DNA of 64,000 nt. It comes from Candidatus Kapaibacterium sp. Lineage in GTDB: Bacteria; Bacteroidota; Ignavibacteria; Kapaibacteriales; UBA4661. The position numbers and the translations under genes are program-made. Below, one piece after another: positions 1 to 10,178 of this stretch (positions are counted from its first letter, which is position 1; each line of letters opens with the position of its first letter). Under the pieces are notes generated by a model, which was given only the letters and a program-made list of their open reading frames with translations, searched no databases and had not been told where the DNA came from. The stretch lies in NCBI GenBank assembly GCA_025055035.1, contig JANWZB010000003.1:641-64640 (forward strand). The letters run 5' to 3'.

Positions 1-293
1 CACCAAACCACGTTAGCCCAAGCAATCGAGAAGCAAGTATATTTAGCAACCTCAGAAAATCGCGTTGCTGTTCTTCGGACAAATACTCTACACTACGAGT
101 GATTTTCTCTTCAAGAGCAAAATCACTCGCTTTCATTGCATATAGCCCGTGTATATCGGAATCTTCTTGTACAGACGGAATCAACGCGTCGCACACAGCC
201 CGAAGCACAGCAGTATGACGAGAAGAAAGATTCATGAACAATCGAGGAAATTCCCTGGAAGAGCTCTCTTTAGTTGGAAGTCGCGAACTGCTC

Positions 294-1412
294 TTATGCA
301 CTATGTGTTGCAAAAAACCTCTTGATATGCTCTACGACATACTCTACGTTAGTATCGGATAAGCCTGGGTATAGTGGAAGCGATAAGCAGGTTTCAGCAA
401 TTTCCTCTGCTATAGGGAACTGTCCCTTTTTCCATCCCTGATGCTTATATGCTTCTTGTAAATGTGGCGGAATTGGGTAGTGAATCATTGTTCCAATTCC
501 TTGCTGTGCCAGGTATTCCTGCAATGCATCGCGCTTCGCTGTACGAATCACGTAGAGATGAAACACAGAGCTTGCATTATCTGCAAGCACAGGAGTAATA
601 ATATCACCAACACCTTGTAAGTTCTGCGTATAAAGCGTAGCCAGGCGCTCACGCTCGGCATTCTGGCTATACAACAGCGGTAATTTCTTCAAGAGAAATG
701 CTGCTTGTAACTCATCAAGGCGTGAGTTATAACCGAGTACTTCGTTGTAGTACTTTTTCTGCGAGCCATAATTACGCCACGAACGAGCACGGATGTTATA
801 GTCAGGGTTATCAGTTGTGATTGCACCAGCATCACCCAACGCTCCAAGATTTTTACCGGGATAAAAGCTTGTTGCATTGATATGCCCAAAGCTACCAGTA
901 GGCTTTCCGTTGTAGAAGGCTCCATGCGCTTGTGCGTTATCCTCCACGACATATATCCCGTATTTTTCTGCAATATCCATAATTGCCTCCATCTCAGCAG
1001 CTTGCCCATATAAATGGACAGGCATAATAGCTTTTGTGCGAGATGTGATAGCCGCCTCAATACCCTCGGGGTTAATGTTATATGTTGTCTTGCGCGGCTC
1101 AACAAGAACAGGAGTAGCACCAACAAACGATACCGACAAGAGTGTAGCGATATAGGTGTTAGAAGGAACAATTACCTCATCGCCATAACCAACCCCAAGC
1201 ACACGCAGTGCAATGTGCAAAGCATCTAATCCATTCGCAACGCCAACAGCATACCGCGTGCCTGAAAATTGCGCATATTCACGTTCAAACGCTGACACAT
1301 GCTCGCCAAGAATAAACCAGCCACTGCGCAAAACATCATGAAAAGCTTGGTCTAACTCGCTCTCTAACGAGCAATTCAGGGATTGTAAGTCAAGAAAGGG
1401 TATAGCAGGCAT
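294..1412 (-). CDS. DegT/DnrJ/EryC1/StrS-family PLP-dependent sugar aminotransferase
   Basis: The ORF-track protein reads MPAIPFLDL...SNTYIAT...GDAGAI, typical of this family. I trimmed the start to the MPAIPFLDL Met (rc ATG at 1410-1412). The upstream extension overlaps a 13-bp inverted repeat. Confidence 0.7.
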   Translation of the reverse strand: MPAIPFLDLQSLNCSLESELDQAFHDVLRSGWFILGEHVSAFEREYAQFSGTRYAVGVANGLDALHIALRVLGVGYGDEVIVPSNTYIATLLSVSFVGATPVLVEPRKTTYNINPEGIEAAITSRTKAIMPVHLYGQAAEMEAIMDIAEKYGIYVVEDNAQAHGAFYNGKPTGSFGHINATSFYPGKNLGALGDAGAITTDNPDYNIRARSWRNYGSQKKYYNEVLGYNSRLDELQAAFLLKKLPLLYSQNAERERLATLYTQNLQGVGDIITPVLADNASSVFHLYVIRTAKRDALQEYLAQQGIGTMIHYPIPPHLQEAYKHQGWKKGQFPIAEEIAETCLSLPLYPGLSDTNVEYVVEHIKRFFATHSA

Positions 1413-1500
1413 ACAAGAAAGCTCAGCAAAGAATACTAGAGTAAATAAAGCAACAAGGCGTTCTCTCAAAACTGGAGACCTACTACAACATCCAAACGGT

Positions 1501-1554
1501 GTAGCCTTCTGCAACAGAGACGTTTTTCTATCTCTATCGTGTGCAGAAGGCTAC
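1501..1554. repeat. 13-bp perfect inverted repeat GTAGCCTTCTGCA / TGCAGAAGGCTAC with 28-nt spacer (contains nested AGAGA/TCTCT)
   Basis: Read directly at 1501-1513 and 1542-1554, between the esterase stop and the DegT-like start on the minus strand. Confidence 0.8.
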
Positions 1555-1571
1555 GGACATAGAGTTATGCA

Positions 1572-2300
1572 TCAAAATCGTGTTTCGAGATAATACGGGA
1601 GCATAGCTCGCCACGTTGGCCAATCATGGCGCATATCGTAGCCCCAAATATCGAGCTCGTGTGGTATGGACTTCGCATGAAGAATTTCCGATAGCTTGCG
1701 CGAGGCGTCGGGGGCTTCATATGCACCTTGACCACTCAAAATATGGATACGACCACGGCGCATTTGTTCTAGAATTGTATGGTCTGTAAGGTTCGGCAAG
1801 TAATGAACCGGCGAATTAAAGTAACAATCTTCATTGAAAAAGCCATCAGAATACACGGTTAAATCATATACACCGCTCATAGCTATTGTACCAGCAAAGA
1901 GGTCGGGACGACGGAAAAAGATATTCGCTGCATGAAATGCTCCTAGTGATACACCCGTTGTAATAATTGGTATACGCCCCCGACAGTGCATATGGATAAA
2001 AGGCACAACTTCATCAAATACGTAATAGTTATAGGCTTGATGGCGCATTGCCTTGTGGTGTGGAAGCATACGCCGATTAAGCCAGCTTTCCGAGTTAATG
2101 CTGTTAATAGAGAACACCTTGAATTTTCCTGATTCAATATATGGTGCAATCGCATCGATCATGTAAAAGCGTTCATACTCAAGATAATCAGCTGCCGCAC
2201 TAGGAAACATCAATAATGCATGACCAAAGTGTCCATACACAGCAATTTCCATATTTTTGTCCAGCCGAGGACTCCACCAAGAGTGAATTTCTCTGTTCAT
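1572..2300 (-). CDS. putative esterase (esterase/S-formylglutathione-hydrolase-like alpha/beta hydrolase)
   Basis: Motifs VYGHFGHALLMFPS, GVSLGAF and MSG fit the PF00756-like esterase family. Start set at MNREIHSWW. Confidence 0.55.
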   Translation of the reverse strand: MNREIHSWWSPRLDKNMEIAVYGHFGHALLMFPSAAADYLEYERFYMIDAIAPYIESGKFKVFSINSINSESWLNRRMLPHHKAMRHQAYNYYVFDEVVPFIHMHCRGRIPIITTGVSLGAFHAANIFFRRPDLFAGTIAMSGVYDLTVYSDGFFNEDCYFNSPVHYLPNLTDHTILEQMRRGRIHILSGQGAYEAPDASRKLSEILHAKSIPHELDIWGYDMRHDWPTWRAMLPYYLETRF

Positions 2301-2349
2301 AGCGCAAACCTTCCTGAAAAAATGATACAAGAACAGTCTTGTAGCTCTC

Positions 2350-3171
2350 CTACTTCACGATGACAAACGGAATACACGAACAAGCTTTTTGCACAATCGG
2401 CTTTGCCTTTTCCGCTGCTTCGCGCGAGGAGTAGCTTCCTACCGTTACAGCATAACGCACCGCGCCATCTATATTTTTTTCGACGAGATCCGAGCGTAGC
2501 CGCGCCTTCGATAGCTTCTGAACATCAGCAAGTGCATTCTCTCGCGAATTATATATTCCAACTTGAAGAGTGTACCGTTCTTCTCTATCGTGCGATAGCA
2601 ATTCTGGAGCACTCTGTTCTGCGTTGTTGCCCACGCGAAGACTAGTTTTTGCTGCAGGCACCTGAGGCTCTAGTACCTTAGGTATAGCTGGTGCAGCTGC
2701 AGCGAAAACGACAGAGTTGCGATAGGTTGTGAACGTCGGCGGCAAGCCGACGGTAGATTTCACAATCTCGGCAGCAAAGAGCAAAAACTCACTTGTGGGA
2801 TAGCTACGCCGAAAGAGCTGCAGTTCTGAACGCGCGTTTGCAGTGTCTTTGCGTAGCGCATAGATTTGCACAATTCGCCACTGCGCATCGTCAGCCCAAA
2901 TACTTTGTGGATACTCGCGGACAATTCGGACAAACTGCGGAAGAGCCTTCATACCATCGCTTGTTAAAGTTGCACTGAGAAACAGAATACCTGGATCATC
3001 AGGATAGTTGCGCATAAGCTCAGGGAGCTCTGCACGAACATCATTTGCATATCCCAATGCAATCTGGCGAAGCTTCGATCGTACAATGTTATCTGTCACC
3101 TGTGCAGAAAGAACCATCGTCTGTGCACAGCACACCACAGAAATGATCCATATGCTATATCGTTGTTTCAT
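2350..3171 (-). CDS. SPOR-domain protein with N-terminal signal peptide
   Basis: The C-terminus carries a duplicated SPOR-like motif (YTLQVGIYNSRENA...YAVTVGSYSSREAAEKAK). Signal peptide MKQRYSIWIISVVCCAQTMVLSAQ. Divergent from murG. Confidence 0.55.
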   Translation of the reverse strand: MKQRYSIWIISVVCCAQTMVLSAQVTDNIVRSKLRQIALGYANDVRAELPELMRNYPDDPGILFLSATLTSDGMKALPQFVRIVREYPQSIWADDAQWRIVQIYALRKDTANARSELQLFRRSYPTSEFLLFAAEIVKSTVGLPPTFTTYRNSVVFAAAAPAIPKVLEPQVPAAKTSLRVGNNAEQSAPELLSHDREERYTLQVGIYNSRENALADVQKLSKARLRSDLVEKNIDGAVRYAVTVGSYSSREAAEKAKPIVQKACSCIPFVIVK

Positions 3172-3380
3172 AGGCAATATGCTCAATCTCAATCTATCGA
3201 ACAGCCATATAAAAAGCGTTTCAAAATACTCTCAAGAAATTTTCACAGTATTGTAATGGCGCCGTTGTTGCTTGTGTTGCTTGCAATACGTCTGCATATA
3301 TTATTCATTTGTGCTTTGCACTATGAGCAAATCTAGTGTATTTTACAGGAACGACAAGTAGATTTCTTAGCGCAACGCTT

Positions 3381-4541
3381 ATGAACGCACCAGCACCACA
3401 TACATATAGCACAAAACTGCTGAAAGTCGCCATCGCTGCAGGAGGGACAGGTGGTCATATCTTTCCTGCAATTGCAGTTGCTGAAGAACTACACCGTCTC
3501 ACCAATGGCAATTGCATAGTAGAATTCATCGGTACAGCTGAGCGAATTGAAGCAACAATTGTGCCAAAGCATGGTTATCCTTTTTATACAATTCCCATCA
3601 TGGGCTTGCAGAGGCTCTTTTCCTTGAGTACACTCAAGCTTCCGCTGCACATTCTACTATCTATTCTCAAGTCTCGCCGCATTCTCAAGCAAATCAAGCC
3701 AGACTGTGTGCTATGTACTGGAGCATATGTTAGTTATCCTGTTGGGATAGCAGCATCTCAACTCTCTATACCCCTCTTTCTTATGGAATCGAATGCATTT
3801 CCTGGTAAAACGATACGGCGCTTAGCCCCACGAGCAACGTATATTTACACAGCATTTGAGGAGTCACAGCAGTACTTTGCACCTTCTGTAGCGCACAAGA
3901 TTTTTCCATACGGCAATCCTGTACGTTCGGACTTCAGCGCTTTACCAGATCCAGCAAGTGCTCGTGCTGCACTAGGACTAGCAACTGATAAACCCACAGT
4001 GCTCATTTTTGGGGGAAGTCTTGGTGCACGCTCGCTCAATTCTGCCACTCTTGCTTCGCTTGAGAAGTTCCGGCAAACTAACATACAGGTACTCTGGCAG
4101 ACAGGAACACGCTACTCACCTAGTTCCAACATGAACACATCTGGAGCTATTGTTATGCAGTTTATTGACGACATGCGTACTGCATATGCAGCAGCGGATG
4201 TCATCGTTTGCCGTGCTGGGGCAACAACAATCGCAGAGCTAGCAATAACTCGAAAGCCCGCAATCCTTGTTCCTTTCCCTCATGCTGCTCACGATCATCA
4301 GACGTATAACGCCCGAGCTTTAGAAGCAAAAGGAGCAGCTATTCTTGTGCATGATGTGGAAATAAAGGAGCGTCTTTTTTCTTCTGTACATGGTTTACTG
4401 AGCAATCCTATTGCACGCCAAGCAATGCAACGTTCGCTTGAACCCTTCGCTAAGCCTCACGCTGCGCATCATATAGCGCTAAGCATTCTTCAATACTGCC
4501 GACCAGAGCATGATATCTCTAGCGCTGTATTGTCTTCTTGA
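3381..4541 (+). CDS. murG: UDP-N-acetylglucosamine--N-acetylmuramyl-(pentapeptide) pyrophosphoryl-undecaprenol GlcNAc transferase
   Basis: AIAAGGTGGHIFPAIAVAEEL is the MurG N-terminal signature, and the protein has the GT28 C-terminal domain. Start chosen at MNAPAP. Confidence 0.85.
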   Translation: MNAPAPHTYSTKLLKVAIAAGGTGGHIFPAIAVAEELHRLTNGNCIVEFIGTAERIEATIVPKHGYPFYTIPIMGLQRLFSLSTLKLPLHILLSILKSRRILKQIKPDCVLCTGAYVSYPVGIAASQLSIPLFLMESNAFPGKTIRRLAPRATYIYTAFEESQQYFAPSVAHKIFPYGNPVRSDFSALPDPASARAALGLATDKPTVLIFGGSLGARSLNSATLASLEKFRQTNIQVLWQTGTRYSPSSNMNTSGAIVMQFIDDMRTAYAAADVIVCRAGATTIAELAITRKPAILVPFPHAAHDHQTYNARALEAKGAAILVHDVEIKERLFSSVHGLLSNPIARQAMQRSLEPFAKPHAAHHIALSILQYCRPEHDISSAVLSS

Positions 4542-5400
4542 TACCACCAAACACCTGTTGTAGAACATCTGTTGTACGGGCAAGAGGATTTTGCCGAATA
4601 TTTTTTTCCTCTTGTGCTATCATAGTGAATAAGCCATCTATTGCTCGCTTTGTTACATAGTCGGGCAGGTCAGGATTCACCTTTTGAACAAGAGGAATTT
4701 GATTGTATGCACTCACAATCTGCCCCCAGTAGCGCGTTGCATCTACTTTGTTCAGGGCATCGGTGATGCTAGGCTTGAAGCGCTGAATAAGCTGATCGGA
4801 AGTTGTACGTTGAAGAAAGTCTGTTGCTGCTCGCTCGTTTGTTCCGGTCAGAATGGACATAACATCCGTGAATGTCAGCTGGCGGATTGCATCAAGAAAA
4901 ATCGGTAAAGCATCTCCCGCTGCCTGCTCAGCAGCACGATTCATTGATACAACGGCTTGGTCGGCAACACTTCCCAGACCAATTTTTCGCACAGCACTCT
5001 CTACTGCACTAAATTCTGGAGGAAAAGGAATTTTAATTAAGGGATTGCCAAGATACCCATCAGTTTTCGAAACAAGCTCTACTCCTTTACGGATGCCCTG
5101 TATTAACGCTTCTTGCAATCCACTTGCTGCAAGACTCGGTGTGATGCCTTGCTCGGATGATGTAGAGCTTGTACTCGAGCGAGGCTGGGCTGCTCCTGCA
5201 CCTACCTGTGGTACAGTGCTCGATGTAGAAGAGGCTGAGCTTGATGGCCTTGAGCTGACTGTTGGGGCGCTGGTTTTTGCTGTTTTCGCAGACGATTGCT
5301 TTTTGGACGATACCCGTGTGTTTTGTGCCGTTGCAGTGCTTACAATCAGCACCATTATGCTGCACAGGGTGAGCAGGATACTAGTATAGACGCTACGCAT
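4519..5400 (-). CDS. DUF4197-like lipoprotein with Ser/Thr-rich linker
   Basis: Signal peptide, then an S/T-rich low-complexity segment, then a conserved block (FTDVMSILTG...YWGQIVSAYNQIPLVQKVNPDLPDYVT...LFTMIAQEE). The 3' end overlaps murG by 23 nt, convergent. Confidence 0.45.
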   Translation of the reverse strand: MRSVYTSILLTLCSIMVLIVSTATAQNTRVSSKKQSSAKTAKTSAPTVSSRPSSSASSTSSTVPQVGAGAAQPRSSTSSTSSEQGITPSLAASGLQEALIQGIRKGVELVSKTDGYLGNPLIKIPFPPEFSAVESAVRKIGLGSVADQAVVSMNRAAEQAAGDALPIFLDAIRQLTFTDVMSILTGTNERAATDFLQRTTSDQLIQRFKPSITDALNKVDATRYWGQIVSAYNQIPLVQKVNPDLPDYVTKRAIDGLFTMIAQEEKNIRQNPLARTTDVLQQVFGGIKKTIQR

Positions 5401-5512
5401 AAACTAAGAATATGTAACAGTACATGAAAAAACAAGTGATGGCTAACGGCAGTTAGTTGCAGGCGGTCATTGTATCTCGTGCATACGTATGAAAATAGTG
5501 GAGCAAAGAATT

Positions 5513-6280
5513 TTAGTGCCGTGCAACGCCACCATCAACATTGATTGTTTGTCCATTGATAATTCCAGAAGCCGGCAAAGCAAGAAATGCCACAACGTTT
5601 GCTATATCATGTGGTTCATCAGCACGATGAACACTCTGTGTTGGTAAAATATGTTCCAGGATAGAGCTACTCACCCGTCCCCCTTGTTCAGGACGCTGAA
5701 TCGCTGTAAGCCCAACGGTAACCGCATTAGCAGTGATACCATACTTACCAACCTCGCTTGCTAGGGAACGAATAAATCCTATAACTCCCATCTTTGCAGT
5801 AACATAGTGTGTGAGATATGGCGTGCCCAGCCATACAGTGTCGGAAGACAGTGCGATAATGCGACCAAACCCTCTTTCTTTCATTGCCGGCAAGACAGCT
5901 TTTGTTGTGAGAAATAGGCTATTCAGATTAAGCTCGAGCATATGTCGCCATTGCTCAAATGAAAGCAGCTCAAAAGGCTCTTCTTCATACTTACCTACAT
6001 TATGCACAAGAATATCTATGCGCCCAAAGTGTTGCAAAACCTCTTGCGCCATCATGTGAACATCTTGGGGATTCGTAGCGTCAACGCGCAAGCTCAAGAC
6101 TTGCGTACCAATAGTTTGCGTTGTTTGTACTGTTTCGCTTGCATCGGCAATATCTGCAATCACAATGTGCGCACCTTCCTCAGCAAGACGTTCACAAAAT
6201 GCTCGACCATTTCCAACAGCTGCACCTGTAACAATTGCTACACGACCCTGCAAACCACGCTCAAACTCATGAAGCTGCAT
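5513..6280 (-). CDS. SDR-family NAD(P)-dependent oxidoreductase
   Basis: VAIVTGAAVGNGRAF Rossmann motif and a YxxxK-type catalytic region. Start at MQLHEF. Confidence 0.75.
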   Translation of the reverse strand: MQLHEFERGLQGRVAIVTGAAVGNGRAFCERLAEEGAHIVIADIADASETVQTTQTIGTQVLSLRVDATNPQDVHMMAQEVLQHFGRIDILVHNVGKYEEEPFELLSFEQWRHMLELNLNSLFLTTKAVLPAMKERGFGRIIALSSDTVWLGTPYLTHYVTAKMGVIGFIRSLASEVGKYGITANAVTVGLTAIQRPEQGGRVSSSILEHILPTQSVHRADEPHDIANVVAFLALPASGIINGQTINVDGGVARH

Positions 6281-6548
6281 AGACGAAACCTCAGAATATA
6301 GTAGAAAAGCTTTTGTACGTACACGGCGTAAATATAGACGAACTCGCAAGGAAAACCAAACCAAAAACTATAGCTGGTTCCATGCGTTGCCTGTCCGCCT
6401 ACTGTTAAGAGCATGGATTAGAAGATTGCAGTAGAAAAATGTGAAACTTTGACTATATTTGCTGCAGCTCTGCCAACATCGTACTACCTATATTCACACT
6501 ACACTTCTTGTGAGCAGTATAGGTACGGACAAGGGCACATACTACTCC

Positions 6549-6620
6549 GTACTTTACTTGTAGTTTTCTTGAAAGTAAACCAAATAATAAAGTAAACCAA
6601 ATAATCCTGTACTTTACTTT
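6549..6620. repeat. compound repeat array: GTACTTTACTT flanks around a perfect tandem 17-mer (AAAGTAAACCAAATAAT x2)
   Basis: Read directly: GTACTTTACTT at 6549-6559 and GTACTTTACTTT at 6609-6620. The tandem 17-mer is at 6572-6588 and 6589-6605. The core AAGTAAA occurs four times in -,+,+,- orientation. Confidence 0.8.
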
Positions 6621-6910
6621 CAGTTACTATGAAGCCTTAAACTTCTCGATATGCTGTTGCTATCTTACAATGCGCGTATTATTTGACAATAACCTTCAGT
6701 GCTCTGCTTACAAACGCATAAACCATAAGCATAAATTATTGTACTCTAGGCTCTACTGATAAAACATTCTAGTTTGGAGGTAGTCCACAAGAGCAGAGTA
6801 TAGCTATCTTCGCGCTGTATAAGCTGCAAAAATCCTTCAGAATTACTGACCACATACTCAGCTATAGTTGTTCCATGTTTCACTCCTAATACCGTGTCTG
6901 AGAGGATTGT

Positions 6911-7684
6911 ATGAATATTTCTATTCTTCGCCATATAGTAGCTGTTGCTACCATTGTTTTCAGCATACAGACTATATCCCTTGCTCAAATCGAAACTCAA
7001 GTGTATGTGCCACCATCGGCACTTGTGTTTCATAACCTAGACAGCTTATCCAAAGCCCAAGTAAACTGGAAATCACTACCGACTTTCAACAAGCGCAGCA
7101 ATTACGCCAACAAGTACACGATTGCACTGAATCTTGGAACGCGTATCTGCGATGCATTTGTTGCTATTCAAGCAAAAGAGCAGAACAAATTTGCTGACAT
7201 GGCAACAACTGTTGCAAGTCTCAGTAGCAAACTTAATGCTAACATTGAGCAATCGTTGAACGATAAAATGTTTGCACTTGTCAAGCAAGGTAAGTGGTCA
7301 GAAGTACGCTCTATGCTCGACGACCAGCAAAACACCGTCAAGGAGAAATTGAATCGCCTCGATAAGGATGCCGCAGTTCTCGTAACGATTGGCGGTTGGC
7401 TCGAAGCCTTGCATGTTGTAACCAAGTCCTTGTCGAGCAACTATGTTGCTGATGCCACTTCTGTCATTCGCAATCCTAAGCTTGTTGAATACTTGATTGG
7501 CGAGATGAATGGTCTCACCACACAAGCAAAAAACAATGACTTAGTGAAAAGCATTACCGCTCGACTTCCAGAAATCAAAGCGTTAGTTAATCTAGAGAAA
7601 GGGACACCCGTACCCCACGAGAATATTAAAAAGCTTTTCGAGATATCCTCAGTTCTTGTTAAAAGTGTTGAGGGTGCAAAATAA
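6911..7684 (+). CDS. hypothetical secreted protein (signal peptide, helical)
   Basis: Hydrophobic N-terminus ending in AQI. No recognisable catalytic motif. AT-rich gene preceded by the repeat array. Confidence 0.5.
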   Translation: MNISILRHIVAVATIVFSIQTISLAQIETQVYVPPSALVFHNLDSLSKAQVNWKSLPTFNKRSNYANKYTIALNLGTRICDAFVAIQAKEQNKFADMATTVASLSSKLNANIEQSLNDKMFALVKQGKWSEVRSMLDDQQNTVKEKLNRLDKDAAVLVTIGGWLEALHVVTKSLSSNYVADATSVIRNPKLVEYLIGEMNGLTTQAKNNDLVKSITARLPEIKALVNLEKGTPVPHENIKKLFEISSVLVKSVEGAK

Positions 7685-7774
7685 GCCTTCTTACCACTTT
7701 AGCACACAAGTATCACGAGAGCTTTGGACTTATCCGAAGCCTTAGTGTCGTCTATATTCTACTTATGCAATAAC

Positions 7775-7801
7775 AAAACGCTTTTCAAAAGCTGTTTTTT
7801 T
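7775..7801 (+). terminator. intrinsic terminator-like hairpin (AAAACGCTTTTCAAAAGCTG) followed by T7 run
   Basis: GCTTTT/AAAAGC stem followed by TTTTTTT at 7795-7801, about 90 nt after the stop of the 6911-7684 gene. Confidence 0.5.
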
Positions 7802-7878
7802 GAGTAAATTTCCTCATTGCATCACAATTCTTCTGATCTGATTAATATTGATCGTCTCCCTCTGTTGTACTTCTTTAC

Positions 7879-8601
7879 ATGAACACCACCTTACGCCTTA
7901 TTCGCGAAATTGCTACACTACTGACTGTATCTGGCGCTCTATCGCTTCTATACAATGCCTTCTCTCCATCGCCGCTATCGCTTGTCCGCACAGAACGACT
8001 TAGCGCACCTGACTCTCTCATCAATGCACTTGCTCACCCCACACAACTGCACACTGACGATACCACAGCATTGACACAATCTTCAGCACATTCTGCACAT
8101 AAGCCAACGCCTCAGCATGCATCGCATTCTTCTGCCGCTCTTCAAGAAGAAGCTGCTACACCTCGCAAGGAGCAGAGTGCGTCTCGCACTGCTAGCACAA
8201 CACGCGTGCAGCCAATTTCTCCATCAAACTCCTCGTCTAACCCAGCGCCTGAGCCACAAAGGATATCGCAGCCAGCAGTGCAAGCAACAGCTCTCGACAT
8301 TCGTATAGAGCAAGTTGAGAAACTCTTAGCAAATCCTGATGTTCTTTTTATTGATGCTCGCCCCTCGAAAGAGTACCAGCTTGGACATATTGGCAACGCC
8401 ATAAATATTTACACACCAGAATTTGAGCAACACATCCACCGCATTGTTGGATTGCCTCGCAACAAACCTATTGTGGCATACTGTGGTGGAGGTGCTTGTG
8501 AGCTAAGTCATGACCTTGCTGCTCATCTTATCAAGCTTGGATTCCAGCATGTCTTTGTCTATACTGGAGGCTGGAATGAATGGAAACAACGTAATCCGTA
8601 G
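7879..8601 (+). CDS. membrane-anchored rhodanese-domain (sulfurtransferase) protein
   Basis: N-terminal TM segment and a Pro/Ser/Ala-rich linker. C-terminal rhodanese motif (FIDARPSKEYQLGHIGNAINI...VAYCGGGACELSHDLAAHL) with an active-site Cys. Confidence 0.65.
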   Translation: MNTTLRLIREIATLLTVSGALSLLYNAFSPSPLSLVRTERLSAPDSLINALAHPTQLHTDDTTALTQSSAHSAHKPTPQHASHSSAALQEEAATPRKEQSASRTASTTRVQPISPSNSSSNPAPEPQRISQPAVQATALDIRIEQVEKLLANPDVLFIDARPSKEYQLGHIGNAINIYTPEFEQHIHRIVGLPRNKPIVAYCGGGACELSHDLAAHLIKLGFQHVFVYTGGWNEWKQRNP

Positions 8602-8631
8602 TGTATTCATGTTTTCGCAGTCTTGTGCGTT

Positions 8632-9417
8632 ATGAGCTATCTTACCCTCCTCTCAGAAAAAAAGTTAGGCTACACACTTATCACACTGAATCGTCCTGAC
8701 AAACTGAATGCGTTAAATGGCCAACTACTCGCAGATTTGCATCATGCTCTCGTTCAGGCACAGCATGATAGCACTGTTCACGCAGTAGTGCTGACAGGTA
8801 GTGGCACAAAAGCATTTGCCGCTGGCGCTGATATATCTGAACTTCACACGCTTGATTCTCACAGCGGGCTAGCATTTTCCGAGCGTGGTCAAGCAGTTAT
8901 GAACCTTATCGAGCATCTAGGTAAACCTGTTATTGCTGCTATCAACGGTTTTGCGTTAGGAGGCGGCTGCGAGATTGCCCTTGCTTGCCACCTGCGCTTT
9001 GCTTCAGATAACGCCTATCTAGGCTTACCAGAAGTATCGCTTGGCACTCTGCCCGGATATGGAGGTACACAACGCTTGACAAGACTTGTTGGTCGTGCTA
9101 AGGCTGCAGAGCTTATCCTTGCTGGCGAGCGGATTAGTGCCCAAGATGCTCTCGCTATTGGTCTTGTCAACGACGTTGTATCGCAGGATAATTTACTTGC
9201 TCGTGTTGAACGTTTTATTCAGGTAATGCTCTCTCGCAGCCAAACTGCCGTACGTGAGGCATTGTCTGCTATTCTTGCTGCTGAGGAGCTAGGACATATT
9301 GAAGGCATGCACTATGAAGCAGAACGGTTTGCAGCATTATGTGATACACCAGACTTCAAGGAAGGTACACGTGCTTTTCTTGATAAACGTTCACCACAGT
9401 TCCAGCACCAACAATAA
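8632..9417 (+). CDS. enoyl-CoA hydratase/isomerase (crotonase family)
   Basis: ITLNRPDKLNALN, AAINGFALGGGCE.A and GLPE motifs. Confidence 0.75.
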   Translation: MSYLTLLSEKKLGYTLITLNRPDKLNALNGQLLADLHHALVQAQHDSTVHAVVLTGSGTKAFAAGADISELHTLDSHSGLAFSERGQAVMNLIEHLGKPVIAAINGFALGGGCEIALACHLRFASDNAYLGLPEVSLGTLPGYGGTQRLTRLVGRAKAAELILAGERISAQDALAIGLVNDVVSQDNLLARVERFIQVMLSRSQTAVREALSAILAAEELGHIEGMHYEAERFAALCDTPDFKEGTRAFLDKRSPQFQHQQ

Positions 9418-9452
9418 GACATTACATTTCCTCTTCGAACAGTAGGTACAGT

Positions 9453-10178
9453 ATGCCCAACAACGATTCTTCGGAAACATCTTCCGGTAGTAGTATCACC
9501 GCTCATCACATTCGTGTTCAGAAAACAGCACGGTATTATTCACTTGGCACACTGTCTGCTGCTACTCGCGAAATTTGGTTCGTTATACACGGATATGGAC
9601 AGCTCGCCGAGTACTTTCTACGGCATTTTTGCACACTTGATAATGGAACACGATTTTTTGTTGCCCCTGAAGCTCTTTCACGGTTTTACGTAAAAGAATG
9701 GACACGGGTGGGTGCAGTGTGGACTACAAAAGAAGACCGTGATGCTGAAGTCAGCGATTACGTTGCTTACTTGCAACAGCTTGAGCATGTCATTTTGCGT
9801 CAAATACACGAGAAGGGACTGAAGCGCGAAGAAATGCGGATTTGGTCTTTAGGATTTTCTCAAGGAGTAACAACTCTTCTGCGGTGGATTGTTCGTGGTG
9901 GATTCCGCCCTGATAGGGTTATTTGCTGGGCTGGGGATATACCAGCAGAGATTGATATTTGCCACTACAAAGACCTTTTTGAACGCATGAATGCTACATT
10001 TGTCATCGGTTCTCACGATGAATTTCTCACCCCAGAGCGCCTCAATCGGCATCATGATTTGCTTGCTCAGGCTGGCGCACATCTTCCATGTATACGCTTC
10101 GACGGCGGACACGTGATGGATACGAACGTGCTGCATCGTGTTGTACAGGAGTTATCACAGGAAGCTATTCTCTACTAA
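9453..10178 (+). CDS. alpha/beta hydrolase (phospholipase/carboxylesterase family)
   Basis: WFVIHGYGQ at the N-terminus, nucleophile elbow GFSQG, and a C-terminal His region. Confidence 0.5.
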   Translation: MPNNDSSETSSGSSITAHHIRVQKTARYYSLGTLSAATREIWFVIHGYGQLAEYFLRHFCTLDNGTRFFVAPEALSRFYVKEWTRVGAVWTTKEDRDAEVSDYVAYLQQLEHVILRQIHEKGLKREEMRIWSLGFSQGVTTLLRWIVRGGFRPDRVICWAGDIPAEIDICHYKDLFERMNATFVIGSHDEFLTPERLNRHHDLLAQAGAHLPCIRFDGGHVMDTNVLHRVVQELSQEAILY

